64,000 nucleotides of DNA from Candidatus Marinacidobacterales bacterium (GTDB lineage Bacteria; Acidobacteriota; Vicinamibacteria; Marinacidobacterales; DATDRI01): the NCBI GenBank assembly GCA_965219415.1, contig CBDCNP010000002.1, positions 4,928,001 to 4,992,000 on the forward strand, given 5' to 3'. Position numbers and translations under genes: made by a program. Below the pieces are notes generated by a model. The model had not been told where the DNA came from, ran no database searches, and saw nothing but the letters and a program-made list of their open reading frames with translations. Shown in pieces: positions 1 to 10,524 of the stretch (position 1 is the stretch's first letter; each line of letters begins with the position of its first letter).

Positions 1-1523
1 GGCAGGTAGTCGAGATCTTCATCCGGATCCCATATCTCGTCACCAATGATCAAGTAGCCGTCTGTGGCGTCTTGATCGTCATCTCCGTGAGCTCGAAACT
101 CCCGAGGCACCAGATGGCTATCCACCAGAGAGACACAGACAAAGGGATGCCCCGTAGCCCGGCTGAAGACGTTGGCGAAGATCGGCTTTTTGTTGCTGTC
201 GTCGTGTTTGTAGAGGCCCGGCTCGAGCGTGATGAACCGTTCCTCACCTTGGTCGAGCGTCGTGTAGACCGACCCGGTCTGAGCGATGAACTGATGGAGC
301 TTGAAGGGCAGGAGCGTATAGCGCGAGCCTCCTTCCTGAATGTGTTGGTTGACGGCACTCACCCATTGGAGGGTCGCCTCAAGAACTAAGCGACAGCGGT
401 CTTGTGGTGCTCCTGAGTCCTCTGCCAAAGTCGCGACGACATCCATGAACCCCATGGGCTTTCGCCGAGCCAGGCGCCCGTCACGCTTCTCGAGCGCGAC
501 CCGGTTTTCCAGCCATACCGCAACCGGATGCTTGCGCAGTTCGGTTTCGTTTGCATCGACATCGATTTCGGATGCGATGGCCGCAGAGAGCTCCTGCTTG
601 GAAGGCTGGGTTCCGGCGACATCGAGTGACCGTGCCAGCGTTTCGTCTACAATCTGGTCCGACTCGAACGGCCGACCGAACACCGTGCTCGCAACGCGCG
701 CGACCTCAGACCGCTGTGACTCCGCGCTACCCACCGAAACCATGGTTGCGGAGGTGCCAATGCAGCAGACCGATTGCTTGCATTGGGACTGGATACGCCG
801 GATGAGCATGGAGACATCCGCACCCTGCCTCCCACGATAGGTGTGAAGCTCGTCAAACACGAGGTGCCGGAGATTCTCGAAGATGGCATCGCGAATGGGC
901 CGCTCCTGGACTCGGGTGAGTAGGAGCTCGAGCATCATGTAGTTGGTGAGGAGGACTTGCGGGGGATTCTCGCGCATCGATTGCCGCTGCTCCTCCTTCT
1001 CCTGGCCGGTGTACTGGCCGAAGGTGATGGGAAAATCGCGCCCTGTGCTCCTCTCGTAGTTGTCCTTATAGGTGTTGAATTCGTTGGTCTGCGAGTTGAT
1101 CAACGCATTCATCGGATAGACGATGACCGCAGCTACTCCCTCAGCTTCCCGATTGGCGAGCAGGTGATTGAAGATTGTGCCGATGTAGGTCAGTGACTTG
1201 CCTGAACCGGTCCCCGAAGTGACGACGAAGTCGCGACCGCGCACGCCCAGTTCGATGGCCTCGCGTTGATGGCGATACAGGGAGTACCTGTCGAAGATGT
1301 GCCGGACCTCATCATGCAGCAATCCTGAGGCGATAACCTTTTCGACGGTGCCAGCCTGTTCGTAGGCGGGATTGAATTGAAGTAGGGGCTGTGGCCAGAG
1401 GCGCCCTTCGGAGAGCGAGTCTTCGACCTTCCGCTTGATCTCTGGATCGGAGATGTTGATGAAGCTCCGAATGTACTGCGCATAGTCATCGACGATCTGC
1501 TTGTGGGTGTCGAAGATTTTCAT
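1..1523 (-). CDS. Large DEAD/DEAH-box SF2 helicase (MrfA/DrmB/DruE-like), runs off the window start
   Basis: Hand translation from ATG 1523 (MKIFDTHKQIVDDYAQYIRSF...) gives the Q-motif LYRHQ, Walker A TSGTGSGKS, VYPMNALINSQ, LLTNYMMLELLL and DELHTYRGRQGADV. It is absent from the ORF track because there is no stop in the window. Confidence 0.85.
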   Translation of the reverse strand, partial: MKIFDTHKQIVDDYAQYIRSFINISDPEIKRKVEDSLSEGRLWPQPLLQFNPAYEQAGTVEKVIASGLLHDEVRHIFDRYSLYRHQREAIELGVRGRDFVVTSGTGSGKSLTYIGTIFNHLLANREAEGVAAVIVYPMNALINSQTNEFNTYKDNYERSTGRDFPITFGQYTGQEKEEQRQSMRENPPQVLLTNYMMLELLLTRVQERPIRDAIFENLRHLVFDELHTYRGRQGADVSMLIRRIQSQCKQSVCCIGTSATMVSVGSAESQRSEVARVASTVFGRPFESDQIVDETLARSLDVAGTQPSKQELSAAIASEIDVDANETELRKHPVAVWLENRVALEKRDGRLARRKPMGFMDVVATLAEDSGAPQDRCRLVLEATLQWVSAVNQHIQEGGSRYTLLPFKLHQFIAQTGSVYTTLDQGEERFITLEPGLYKHDDSNKKPIFANVFSRATGHPFVCVSLVDSHLVPREFRAHGDDDQDATDGYLIIGDEIWDPDEDLDYL

Positions 1524-1850
1524 AGCCCTACCTGTTCGGAGCGGAAGGTGTCGGCGATACGGACAATTTTCTCGTCGGGCGGCGTGTTTTCCGCACGAGC
1601 CGGGCTTCTATTCCTACATGCGCGATTCCGACGACGGCATCGTATGTAAGTAATCGTGCGGAAGCCGGGCGACCCGGTCACGGAGATCACAATATGCTCG
1701 AACTCCCAACCAACCTTGGCATCTAGGCGCTAACCTGCAGCCTGCGACGAACACGACTTCTAACTCAACCCCGTGACGGAGCTTACGTAGGAGAGTATAG
1801 CGAAAAAGCTATCCGGGCTGGGAAACGCGGCTGGACGGTGGTGTCGGCTG

Positions 1851-2537
1851 TTGAAACGGATCGCGGCGGAGAAAGCGCGGTTAGTAAAGGCGGGGGAGAG
1901 CAAGAAGGCCGTAGTAGATCCCATTGACCTTAACGACGCGCCGTTTCCGGTTCCACTTAATTGGACTTGGTCAACTGTCGGAGAGCTTATGCACGTCGAG
2001 ATGGGCCAGTCGCCTCCATCTGAACACTATAATCAATCAGGAGACGGCGTACCGTTTTATCAGGGCAAGACAGATTTTGGACCACGCCACCCTTCGCCCA
2101 GATACTGGTGCACCCGACCAAGTAAGCTTGCGCTTTCGGGAGACATTTTGATCTCTGTACGTGCCCCGGTGGGTCCTACAAATCTGACCGAAAAAAAATG
2201 CTGTATTGGCCGTGGTTTAGCTGCCCTGAGACCATACGCTGGCGTGGACACAGACTTTGCCCTCATGTCATTAAGGGCATTCGAGCCGAGCATTGCGGCC
2301 ATGGGATTCGGATCGACATTTGTTGCTATCAACAAGAGGCAATTAGCCCATTTTAGGTTCCCCCTCCCACCACTCGCCGAACAACACCGCATCGTCGCCA
2401 AGGTCGATGAACTGATGGCGCTTTGCGACCGGTTAGAGGCGAACCTCGCCACCGGTGACAACACCCGCTACCGCCTGCTTGACGCCCTCCTACACGAGGT
2501 CCTGTCGCCGGTTGCGGATCAAGAGTCCGTGGCGTAG
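1851..2537 (+). pseudogene. hsdS: Orphan C-terminal half of a type I RM specificity subunit (one TRD plus conserved region)
   Basis: KRIAAEKARLVK...PFPVPLNWTW linker, GQSP...GDILISVRAPVG TRD and LPPLAEQHRIVAKVDELMALCDRLE. There is no N-terminal TRD and no adjacent hsdM or hsdR. Confidence 0.85.
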
Positions 2538-2870
2538 CGGTCCCGCTGAGCGTGTGGGCGTAGAACCGCTTCGCCGCCGTCACGGACATACACGCATCCT
2601 TATCCCGTCCCGCAGCAACATTGCCGACCCACATGGATGTTTGTCAAGCCGGGGATTCTCAGTATGTTCCCGCGCCCAGAGCGCAAGCTTGAGTGTGACG
2701 CAGCCAGGTCGCCACGGCTCTTGAGATCCAGGCTTCCATCTTGGGGCGTTCCGATGGAAACGAGATCCCTTGCCACATCTCAATGGTCCCATTAGCGGAT
2801 TTGGGCACCGCAACTGCCTGACCGCTGAGCACCGGCCGGGCAACCGCTTCGGCGTCGAGGGTGTCGGTCT

Positions 2871-3185
2871 TGGACGAGAACGTGCTAGCGCGCCACGCCG
2901 CGGTAGCCCCGGCCCCGATTCTGGACCCCTCGGGTGGCCTCTTTTTGGCGGCCGCCCGGCCCGGCCAGCGCCCGTTCTCCCCTTTAGCGCAAACGTGGCA
3001 CTCGAAAATCGCGATTAGAGACGAATACCGAAAATGAGGCCAGTTCAGCCCTTCTAGCGCGTCTCTGGTGACACCTGATCCGACAAAACCGCGCCAACGG
3101 CGCGGAAAATCTCACCCGTCTCTGCAGTGCCACGATTGGCCAGACTGGGTGGCGGATGGTGCAGTTCGGAGCTATCCGGTCTCGG
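2871..3185 (+). repeat. Conserved ~315-bp non-coding element, copy 1
   Basis: Aligns over its length to 48439-48755 and partially to 35205-35285 and 54240-54336. Confidence 0.9.
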
Positions 3186-3848
3186 TAAAAGGTGTATTGC
3201 GAGTTTTGCAAGTCTAATGTGGCCCTTTCGCCGCGCGTGTGGTGGGGCAATGTAGCGAAAACTCAGAGAAGCCCTGGTGCCTACGTCGTTCTATCCTCTT
3301 GTACTACAGTGATTTAAAGCCATCCGTCACGTGCTGGTCCCCGCACGCCTCATCGACGGGGGGGCGTTCGAGTTTATTTGCGAATTGACATTAAATCCGA
3401 TTTTCTAGACGGCAATCTCAACCTCCTTGACGCCTGAAAGAGGGCCGTGTCGTAAACTCTCCGACGGAGGCTACACTCGTAAGTCATTGTAGTGAAAAGC
3501 TATTACGCCTCATCGATGGACGCGTCGTCGACGGGAACTTCTTTCCGACTATCGCAGTCGTAAGGCTCAAGTGGGGGCAAGTGGAGCTATTCGGCTCTTG
3601 GCAGCAAACAAGCAGTAACGGTGCAAAACAGGTCATAAAAATGCAATTGGAGGGCATTTCGGGGCTGAATCGAGCGTTAATCGCTCAGCTAATGGGAAAA
3701 CGCCGTCGTGTCCAAAAACACAAACGAACTCAAGACCCGCACGCCGCCGATGTCATCATTAGTGAGGGGGGCGATGCCGTTCGCCGACTGATGGAGATCA
3801 AGAGCGAGCGTGGCCGCGGCCGCAGGTTGGCTTACAACGTGACCTGCC

Positions 3849-5463
3849 TCACAGCGTTGCGACGAGGGCACGCTGCTCCTCCCAATCGTCGGGAAGCGGA
3901 TGATGGAGGAGGTAGCTCGAGGTCAGCCCAACGGGCTGACGGCCTTCGACAATGGCACGGACGATGTCGGGAGCCAGGAATGCATAACGGATTGCCTTGC
4001 GCACGCGGTCCGTTGGGATGGCGTCTTCGATGGCAATCTGCTCATAGGTTTTGCCTGCTTTGATTCGGTCGAGCCAGGAGAAGGCGTTGGCGATATTGCG
4101 CAGGAGTGTGCGGTCGACGGATTTCGTGGGGTTGCCCAGAACGAGCTTGGTCTCGACGCCGCGTCGACGCAAGCGGAACGGTGCGTGGATGCGGAGTGCA
4201 TCCTCGCGAATGCGGTCGGGTCCCATAGACAGGCAATCAGCGAACGAATTGTGGTCGAGCAGGATGGACACAGAGCCTGGGCTGATATCGACCCGCCGGA
4301 TGAAACGGAGCAGGCTGGCTGCCGAGGCACTATCATCATTACTACCGGAACACAGCCCGTCTAAAAAGCGACGCACCGAGGCGAGCTCTTGCATCATCGG
4401 AGTGTGGATCAACGAGGCCGAGAAGGTCGTGGCATCCACATGCTGTCGGATGAGATGCACGACGGTCTGTTCCAGCATCGGGGCGGGCAGTCGCCAGCCG
4501 GAGAGGTCCTTTTGGCCACTGTGCTGGATGAGGCGCCGGGAGACGTAGTAGCGGAGCCGTTGCCCGTTTTTCTTTTTGGTGTGGCTCGGCGTCAGCCGGT
4601 CCCCGGTCTCATCGAAGAGCTTGCCTGCCAGTGGGGAACGGGTTGCACGGCCCTTCGTCGTGCGTCTCCTTGGTTTGGCAGCCCCTGCCTGCAGCTGCGT
4701 TTGGACCGCGTCCCAGAGCTCCGGAGCAATGATCGATGGATGCTGGCCCTCGTAGACACGCCTCTGGTGCCGGATGCGGCCGGCGTAGAGAGGATTGGTC
4801 AGCAGGCAGTGGAGGTGTCCGCGACGGAACGGCAGCCCGCCCGTTAGGGTTCCATCCGCGGCGAAGCGTCGCTTGGTGCGCAGTCCCAGACGGTCCGCGT
4901 CGGCCTTCACCTGCCGGAGCGTTCCGTGCTGCCGGTACAGCGCATAGAGAGTCCGGACCGTTTCGGCCTCAGCCTCGTTGATGCGCAGCGTGCGCTCGTC
5001 CTTCTCATAGCCGAGCGGTACGCGGCCGCCCATCCATAGTCCCTTGCGCTTGGAGGCAGCGACCTTATCGCGGATCCGCTCGGCCGTGACCTCGCGTTCG
5101 AATTGTGCGAAGGACAGCAGCATATGCAGCGTCAGTCGTCCCATGCTGGTCGCGGTGTTGAAGGACTGGGTCACCGAGACGAAAACCGCGCCGGCCGCCT
5201 CCAGCTGTTCGACGAGCTTCGCAAAGTCGGAGAGGGAACGGGTCAGCCGGTCGACCTTGTAGACCACCACCTGCTCGACGAGACCGGCATCGATGTCGGC
5301 GAGCAAGCGCTGCAGGCCCGGACGCTCCAGGGTTCCTCCCGAGAGCCCCGCGTCCTCGTAGACAGTTGGCAGCAGCACCCAGTCCTCCGCCTTGTGGCTC
5401 GCGACATATGCGGCGCAGGCCTCCCGCTGTGCATCGAGGGAGTTGAAATCCTGTTCGAGACCC
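3849..5463 (-). pseudogene. Large serine recombinase (resolvase plus recombinase domain), 5'-truncated
   Basis: GLEQDFNSLDAQREAC...YEDAGLSGGTLERPGLQRLL...VYKVDRLTRS...FAQFEREVTAERIRDK...GGRVPLGY. The N-terminal Y-x-R-x-S segment is replaced by a family-B end at 5464. Confidence 0.9.
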
Positions 5464-5995
5464 CGTCCTGTGCCAAAACTCGGCCCTTTTGAAATAGGCC
5501 ATAAATCAGCAGCTTAGTGTCTGTGTTTGCGACTGGGCCAAGGCCGTAGGCTTTACAATCGTCTGGCCCGAGGGTGTTATCTTCAGCTCCATGATGACCT
5601 ACCACCACGTGCAATTCCTACTGCTCGTTGTGGCTGGCTGGGTCAACCGCCAGCAGCAGGATGTGATCGACTACCTGCAAGAGGAGAACCGTGTGCTCCG
5701 AGCCGGGCTTCGGGGCAAGCGTCTCAAGCTCTCTGACGACGACCGGCGCAGGCTCGCCGTCAAGGCCCAGGCTTTGGGCCGCGAGGCGCTGGCCCAGATT
5801 GCGTCGGTTGCCACACCCGCTACGCTTCTGCGCTGGTACCGCTGCCTCATCGCAGCTAAGTACGATGGCAGCAAGAACCGGAGCCCAGGCCGACCTCCGA
5901 CGGCGAAGGATATCCGTGAGCTCATTGTACGCGTGGCGCGAGAGAACCCGACGTGGGGATATACGCGCCTGCGGGGCGCACTCAAGAACCTCGGA
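5464..5995 (+). mobile_element. Family-B integrase-core element: left end plus N-terminal coding part
   Basis: Starts CGTCCTGTGCCAAAACTCGG. ORF from 5591 [22 protein letters not shown]...TLLRWYR...GRPP...[10 protein letters not shown] resembles the ORF at 57180-58143. Confidence 0.85.
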
Positions 5996-6174
5996 TGTGT
6001 GCCGGTGATTCGCTTTGTGATGGTGGTGAGGGACGGGTAGGTTTTGCCGTCGAACCGATAGCCGTTGTCGAGTACCTCGACCTGATAGGTCCTGCCATTC
6101 CACTCACGGACAAGATGGGTGCCGGGAGAAACGGACCCTGCGGGAGCTGGGTATTCTGGTGTTCCGTTCACCAT
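5996..6174 (-). pseudogene. DUF2924-like protein fragment, the usual upstream partner of such serine recombinases
   Basis: [44 protein letters not shown]. Confidence 0.8.
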
Positions 6175-6209
6175 GGCGGCCAGAGCGCGTCGGGTTGCGG
6201 CCGAATGCC

Positions 6210-6406
6210 TGTGCCTTCTATTTATTCATCCGCGCGCCCCGAACTTGATCGGTCTCCGGTCTCCCGGGACCATGTCTGCATGATCTCGTCGTTTGTTCGC
6301 GCTCGGCTGTGCCTTCTATTTATTCATCCGCGCCGACCCGAACCTGATCGGTCTCCGATCTGCCGGGACTATGCCTGCATGATTTCGTCGTTTGTTCGCG
6401 CTCGGC
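6210..6406 (+). repeat. Tandem pair of family-C left ends (~98-bp unit)
   Basis: 6210-6307 and 6308-6406 both start TGTGCCTTCTATTTATTCATCCGCG and end GTTCGCGCTCGGC. Confidence 0.9.
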
Positions 6407-6486
6407 CCTGGGCACGGCCGCAAACACAGACTCTAAGTTGCTGATTTATGGGCTATTTCAAAAGGGCTGAGTTTTGGCACAGGACG
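6404..6486 (-). mobile_element. Orphan family-B left end
   Basis: Reverse complement of approximately 5464-5545. Confidence 0.85.
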
Positions 6487-6716
6487 CGGTCGCACGGGTT
6501 GTCGGCCAGGAACTCCATCGCAATGGACGGCACGCACTGGCCGATCTGCGTATTCGCGTTGCCATCCGCGACGAGCGCCACGCGGGCCTGACCTGACCCC
6601 ACGGTTGGTACCACGTTGTATCTCAGTTATTCGGTGCTGACAAGAGCTGGTTGAAGCCGGCGTAGCGGAGCCGGTTTCAACCAAATCGTTTCCGGGGACG
6701 TTAGAATGGCTTCGTT

Positions 6717-7475
6717 ATGTCGAAGCTGTACTTTCGGACTCTATGGGCCGGCGTCGCGTCGCCCTTTGCGGCAGCGGGTCTTGGTCTGTTCGTCTATCGG
6801 AGCCTGACGCGTGCGAGCACCGACAGGGACGCCGACTTCGTCTTCCGTCTCTCCATAGTCGCGATCGCGATGGCCTTGCCGGGCGTCATCACTCTCGTCC
6901 TCGCGCTCGCCGACCACCGCAAAGGAGCCTTCTCAACAGTGAGCAAGGTGGGCCTGATGCTCGGCATTCTGTCGCTCGGTCTCGTGTTCCTTCCGATTCG
7001 AGGCGTCGTCGAGCGCGCTACGCAGGCGCGGAACCTAGCGCTCAGTGACGTCGAGGCGCCGCCTTTCTCGACGGCGGATATCCACGGCAACACGCATCGT
7101 CTCGACGAGCATGGAGGAAAGGTCGTGCTCGTAAACGTTTGGGCGACCTGGTGCCCGCCGTGCCGCAAGGAAATGCCGGACCTCGACAAGCTCTATCAGG
7201 AACGCAAGAAACAGGGATTCATGGTCTTCGGCCTCTCCATAGAGGACCTCGAAACGCAGCTCGACTTCGAAGAAAACGTCCTGTCGGTGAGCTACCCCCT
7301 CCTGACGATCGAGGGGGACGTCCCCGAGATTTATCAGACGACGGCGCGATACCCCGCCAACTACCTAATCGATCGCGAAGGACGGCTGCAACCCGCTCCG
7401 AGCACGGAGCAGCCTTTCGAGAATCTCGTCGTCGCCGTCGACGCGCTCCTGAAGCAGCAGATCAATCGTCGGTAG
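6717..7475 (+). CDS. Membrane-anchored TlpA/ResA-family thiol-disulfide oxidoreductase
   Basis: Three N-terminal hydrophobic helices, then GKVVLVNVWATWCPPCRKEMP...YPANYLIDREG. Confidence 0.9.
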   Translation: MSKLYFRTLWAGVASPFAAAGLGLFVYRSLTRASTDRDADFVFRLSIVAIAMALPGVITLVLALADHRKGAFSTVSKVGLMLGILSLGLVFLPIRGVVERATQARNLALSDVEAPPFSTADIHGNTHRLDEHGGKVVLVNVWATWCPPCRKEMPDLDKLYQERKKQGFMVFGLSIEDLETQLDFEENVLSVSYPLLTIEGDVPEIYQTTARYPANYLIDREGRLQPAPSTEQPFENLVVAVDALLKQQINRR

Positions 7476-7480
7476 CGACG

Positions 7481-7575
7481 GCGGTGCTTGCGCTGTTTGC
7501 TGTTGGTGATGTGTACGTATCCCTTTGCAAAAAAAGCGCTTACGCTTCATTTAGCGCGCGGCGAAGGTCGTGAGC
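7481..7575 (+). repeat. 95-bp repeat; inverted copy at 10736-10830 and partial copy at about 52379-52426
   Basis: Direct comparison gives 6 mismatches to the reverse complement of 10736-10830. Confidence 0.9.
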
Positions 7576-8860
7576 TGTGCATCGTCAAAACTGCTCCGCC
7601 CACGAAATCAAGGACTTACGCTCCGCTTGAATTCCGGGCCGAAGACGGCGAAACTCCGCCGCTATGCTCGACGTTGTTGTTTTCCTCGTCTCACTTGGCG
7701 TCCGTGCCATTCGGGCGATGTGTCGGCGCCGCGCCGACCTGGTGTTGGAGAACGTCGCTTTGCGGCAGCAAGTGACGGCGCTGAAGAAAGAGCGCCCACG
7801 CCCACCGCTCGAAGACACGGAACGGGCTTTCTGGGTTGCTCTTCGAGGTTCGTGGCCCGTGTGGGCGAGCCGCCTGCTCATCGTCCACGCGGACACCGTA
7901 GCCCGTTGGCATCGCGACCGATTCCGACGGTACTGGGCAAAGATCTCGCAGCGCCGCCATCCCGGTCGGCCTCGGATTGATGCCGAGATTCGCCGCCTCG
8001 TCCGCACGATGGCGCAAGACGGCTGGGGGGCGCCACGCATCCATGCTGAGCTCACCAAGCTCGGTTTCATCATCTCCGAGAGCACGGTGTCGCGATACTT
8101 GCCGCAGCGTCCCGCGGAGCCCGACCAGCTGAAGCGATGGATGGCTTTCTTGCGCAACCATAAAGACGATATCGCCGCCATGGATCTGTTCACCGTGCCC
8201 ACCGCTTCGCTCCGGCTGCTGTACGGCTTCTTCGTCATCGAGCACGGTCGCCGGCACATCGTTCACTTCAACGCCACGTTCCACCCGACGTCTGCTTGGG
8301 TTATTCAGCAACTACGCGAGGCGTTTCCCTACGACACCGCTCCGAGATATCTCATCTTCGATCGCGACTTCATCTTTAACGCTGCGGTCATCGAGTTCAT
8401 CAAGGCAACGGGCACAAAACCCGTTCGCACTTCGTTTCGCAGCCCATGGCAAAACGGAACTGCGGAGCGGTGGGTCGGCAGCTGCCGTCGCGAGCTCCTT
8501 GAGCACGTCGTGGTTCTCGGCGCATGTCATCTCATCCGGCTCGTGCGAGCTTACATCAGCTACTATCACGAGGACCGTTGCCACTTGGGGCTGAACAAGG
8601 ACACACCGAGCTTGAGAGCGGTCACGCACCGACCGTCTCCTACGGCGAAAGTCGTCGCACTGCCGCGAGTCGGTGGATTGCACCATCGATACGAGTGGCG
8701 AGAGGCAGCCTGAGTCAGCTTGGTCGCTCGCGTTATTCGGCTGGTCGCCGAGAAGTTCGTCCTCAGCACCTTCCCTCGCGCGCTGACCACGCTCTCCAGC
8801 ATGTGCTCGAGGGCAGTCCGGGCCTAGAGTCCAGTCCCGGACAGATGATGATGATGGACA
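7576..8860 (+). mobile_element. Family-A integrase-core (rve) IS-like element, complete, 1285 bp
   Basis: Ends TGTGCATCGTCA and TGATGATGGACA form an imperfect TIR. The same ends recur at 14580/15861. Confidence 0.9.
7664..8713 (+). CDS. DDE transposase, integrase core domain (family A)
   Basis: HTH region GWGAPRIHAEL; catalytic D (AMDLF), D (DRD) and E (SPWQNGTAER); C-terminal VGGLHHRY. Confidence 0.9.
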   Translation: MLDVVVFLVSLGVRAIRAMCRRRADLVLENVALRQQVTALKKERPRPPLEDTERAFWVALRGSWPVWASRLLIVHADTVARWHRDRFRRYWAKISQRRHPGRPRIDAEIRRLVRTMAQDGWGAPRIHAELTKLGFIISESTVSRYLPQRPAEPDQLKRWMAFLRNHKDDIAAMDLFTVPTASLRLLYGFFVIEHGRRHIVHFNATFHPTSAWVIQQLREAFPYDTAPRYLIFDRDFIFNAAVIEFIKATGTKPVRTSFRSPWQNGTAERWVGSCRRELLEHVVVLGACHLIRLVRAYISYYHEDRCHLGLNKDTPSLRAVTHRPSPTAKVVALPRVGGLHHRYEWREAA

Positions 8861-8913
8861 GCATCTGGTTCTCCGGTTTCGGACTCCGCACGCACATGAA
8901 CGACGGAGGGCTC

Positions 8914-9333
8914 TTAGGCTGGGTTATCAATGATGGATATTCCTAGGAGTTCGGCGCGTTCGATGATACGGACTCCCGCCTCTTGTCGTTCGGCGAGCGT
9001 CCGGAACTCAACGGACAGCCCACGGAGAACTCCGCCCTTGATGTTCACAAGTGCAGCGTCGCCCTCGCGTGTTCGCAATATCTCCGCTTCCATCAAAAGC
9101 GCCTTGGAACTGTTGCGCAATGTCAAACCCGCACCTGTTCGGGCCACGGGTCGAGCGGGGTTATGCTGGATCGTCAACAAGATATCGGTGCTGTCAATAT
9201 CGAAAGCATGAAGCTCAAACTTCTCCTCGCCCCAAGGCAACACGGCGACGACGCCATAGGCCAAAACAACTCCTGAGATGCGGCGCCCGTCTTCTGCCCG
9301 TAGTTCGGTCGCAAACCGCTGCTCAGATTTCAT
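8914..9333 (-). pseudogene. HK97-type phage prohead protease, truncated
   Basis: ISGVVLAYG...LLTIQHN...GLSVEFRT...AELLGISIIDNPA, then a stop where the family has PAY. Confidence 0.75.
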
Positions 9334-9360
9334 CTGGACATCCAGCGCGCTCCAGCCCAA

Positions 9361-9502
9361 CATCGTTCCGGACAACAAGCGCAAGCCTCTCGTCGCGAGC
9401 ATCTTCGTGGCGCTCAATGTAATCAGCCACTTCCCAATCCAGCGCCTGCATCAGCATTCGATGGGTACCTTCCCGAGACAGCTCGTCCAACTCCTCGCTC
9501 AC
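9361..9502 (-). pseudogene. IS256-family transposase N-terminal fragment
   Basis: LDELSREGTHRMLMQALDWEVADYIERH...RDERLALVVRN. Confidence 0.65.
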
Positions 9503-9557
9503 CACCGTGGCTCTTTCTTTCTGGGGAGGTTCCATCCGCGCCGCAAGCCGTTCGACC

Positions 9558-10421
9558 CTAGCGAAGGAGCCCATTCAGAAGCGCCGCGAGCCGGTACCCG
9601 GCGAGCGCCATCTGCCGATCGGCGACCTCTTGGGCTTCGTCCTGATACTGCTTCGGCGGCCGCGCATCTCGAACAAGATACGACGGGTACAAGCGCGTCC
9701 TTGCAAGCTTGGCGCCGGCTTTGGACCAGTCGGTGAATCCTTGAACGCTCATCTCGCTCGCGAGCGTTGCGCGTGAATGAAGCGTTGTGATCTCGCCCGC
9801 GATCCGGTCGACCCATGCCGGATAGCCTTCGCTGTGGTGCTTGCGACGGGCGCGCATCTGTATCGAGTCCCAAAACGCGTGTAAGTTCCCCCAGGACTCC
9901 GGGTCGTCGAGCGCGAAATCGTTCCCTCCGCGATCGCCGTGCGGTTCGGCGTTGGTGACCCGCGCGCTCGAGTGGAGCGGTTGATGAACGTCACCGACGA
10001 GGTGGAGCAACCACGCGAGCTCGACAGCGTCGGGGACGGTGCCCGCGAGCGCCTCGAGTCGTTCGAGGAGTTCACCGTTCAGCCCCATCTCCGGTAGCGG
10101 CGTACCGTCTTCTCGCCAGAAATGATTGACGTAGTGCCACGTCGGGTGATCGTATTTTTCTTTGCGCACCGGCCACGCCTCATCGCGCACGACGTCGGGC
10201 CAGTACCCGCTGCGGACGAAGAGCTCTCGCGGGCCGAACCCCGATAGCGCGAGGCCGGCGTCTCTCGGCGCAGCGCGAAGAATCTCGACTGCCCGCTCGC
10301 GCGTGGGCTCGCTCATGTGCTCCCACGCGATAGCATCCACAACGAGATGTCCCACGCGATCCCACGCCGAGGCCGACGACGCACAACAAATAGCGAAGAA
10401 AACGACCTTCGAAACTCTCAT
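9558..10421 (-). CDS. Secreted S1/P1 nuclease
   Basis: Signal peptide, then WDRVGH, WPD, WHYVN, HLVGDVHQPLH, DRGGN, NLHAFWDS, AGYRLAALLN. The start was chosen at MRVSK. Confidence 0.92.
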   Translation of the reverse strand: MRVSKVVFFAICCASSASAWDRVGHLVVDAIAWEHMSEPTRERAVEILRAAPRDAGLALSGFGPRELFVRSGYWPDVVRDEAWPVRKEKYDHPTWHYVNHFWREDGTPLPEMGLNGELLERLEALAGTVPDAVELAWLLHLVGDVHQPLHSSARVTNAEPHGDRGGNDFALDDPESWGNLHAFWDSIQMRARRKHHSEGYPAWVDRIAGEITTLHSRATLASEMSVQGFTDWSKAGAKLARTRLYPSYLVRDARPPKQYQDEAQEVADRQMALAGYRLAALLNGLLR

Positions 10422-10524
10422 TAAGCGCGTGATAATAGCATGAGCCATGGCCGGTGGGTCCTGGGGCTGGTAGGGTAGCCCGCTGCGCCGGACGGTTCCC
10501 CTGCTGATGCTCAGCGTGCCGACC

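Noticed and set aside
3146-3185. GGTGGCGGA...GTTCGGAGC as a tRNA gene
   Set aside because: It only faintly resembles the reverse complement of a tRNA 3' end and forms no cloverleaf. It is treated as part of the 315-bp repeat.
8914-9333. Prophage
   Set aside because: Only a lone truncated prohead protease is present, with no other virion genes.
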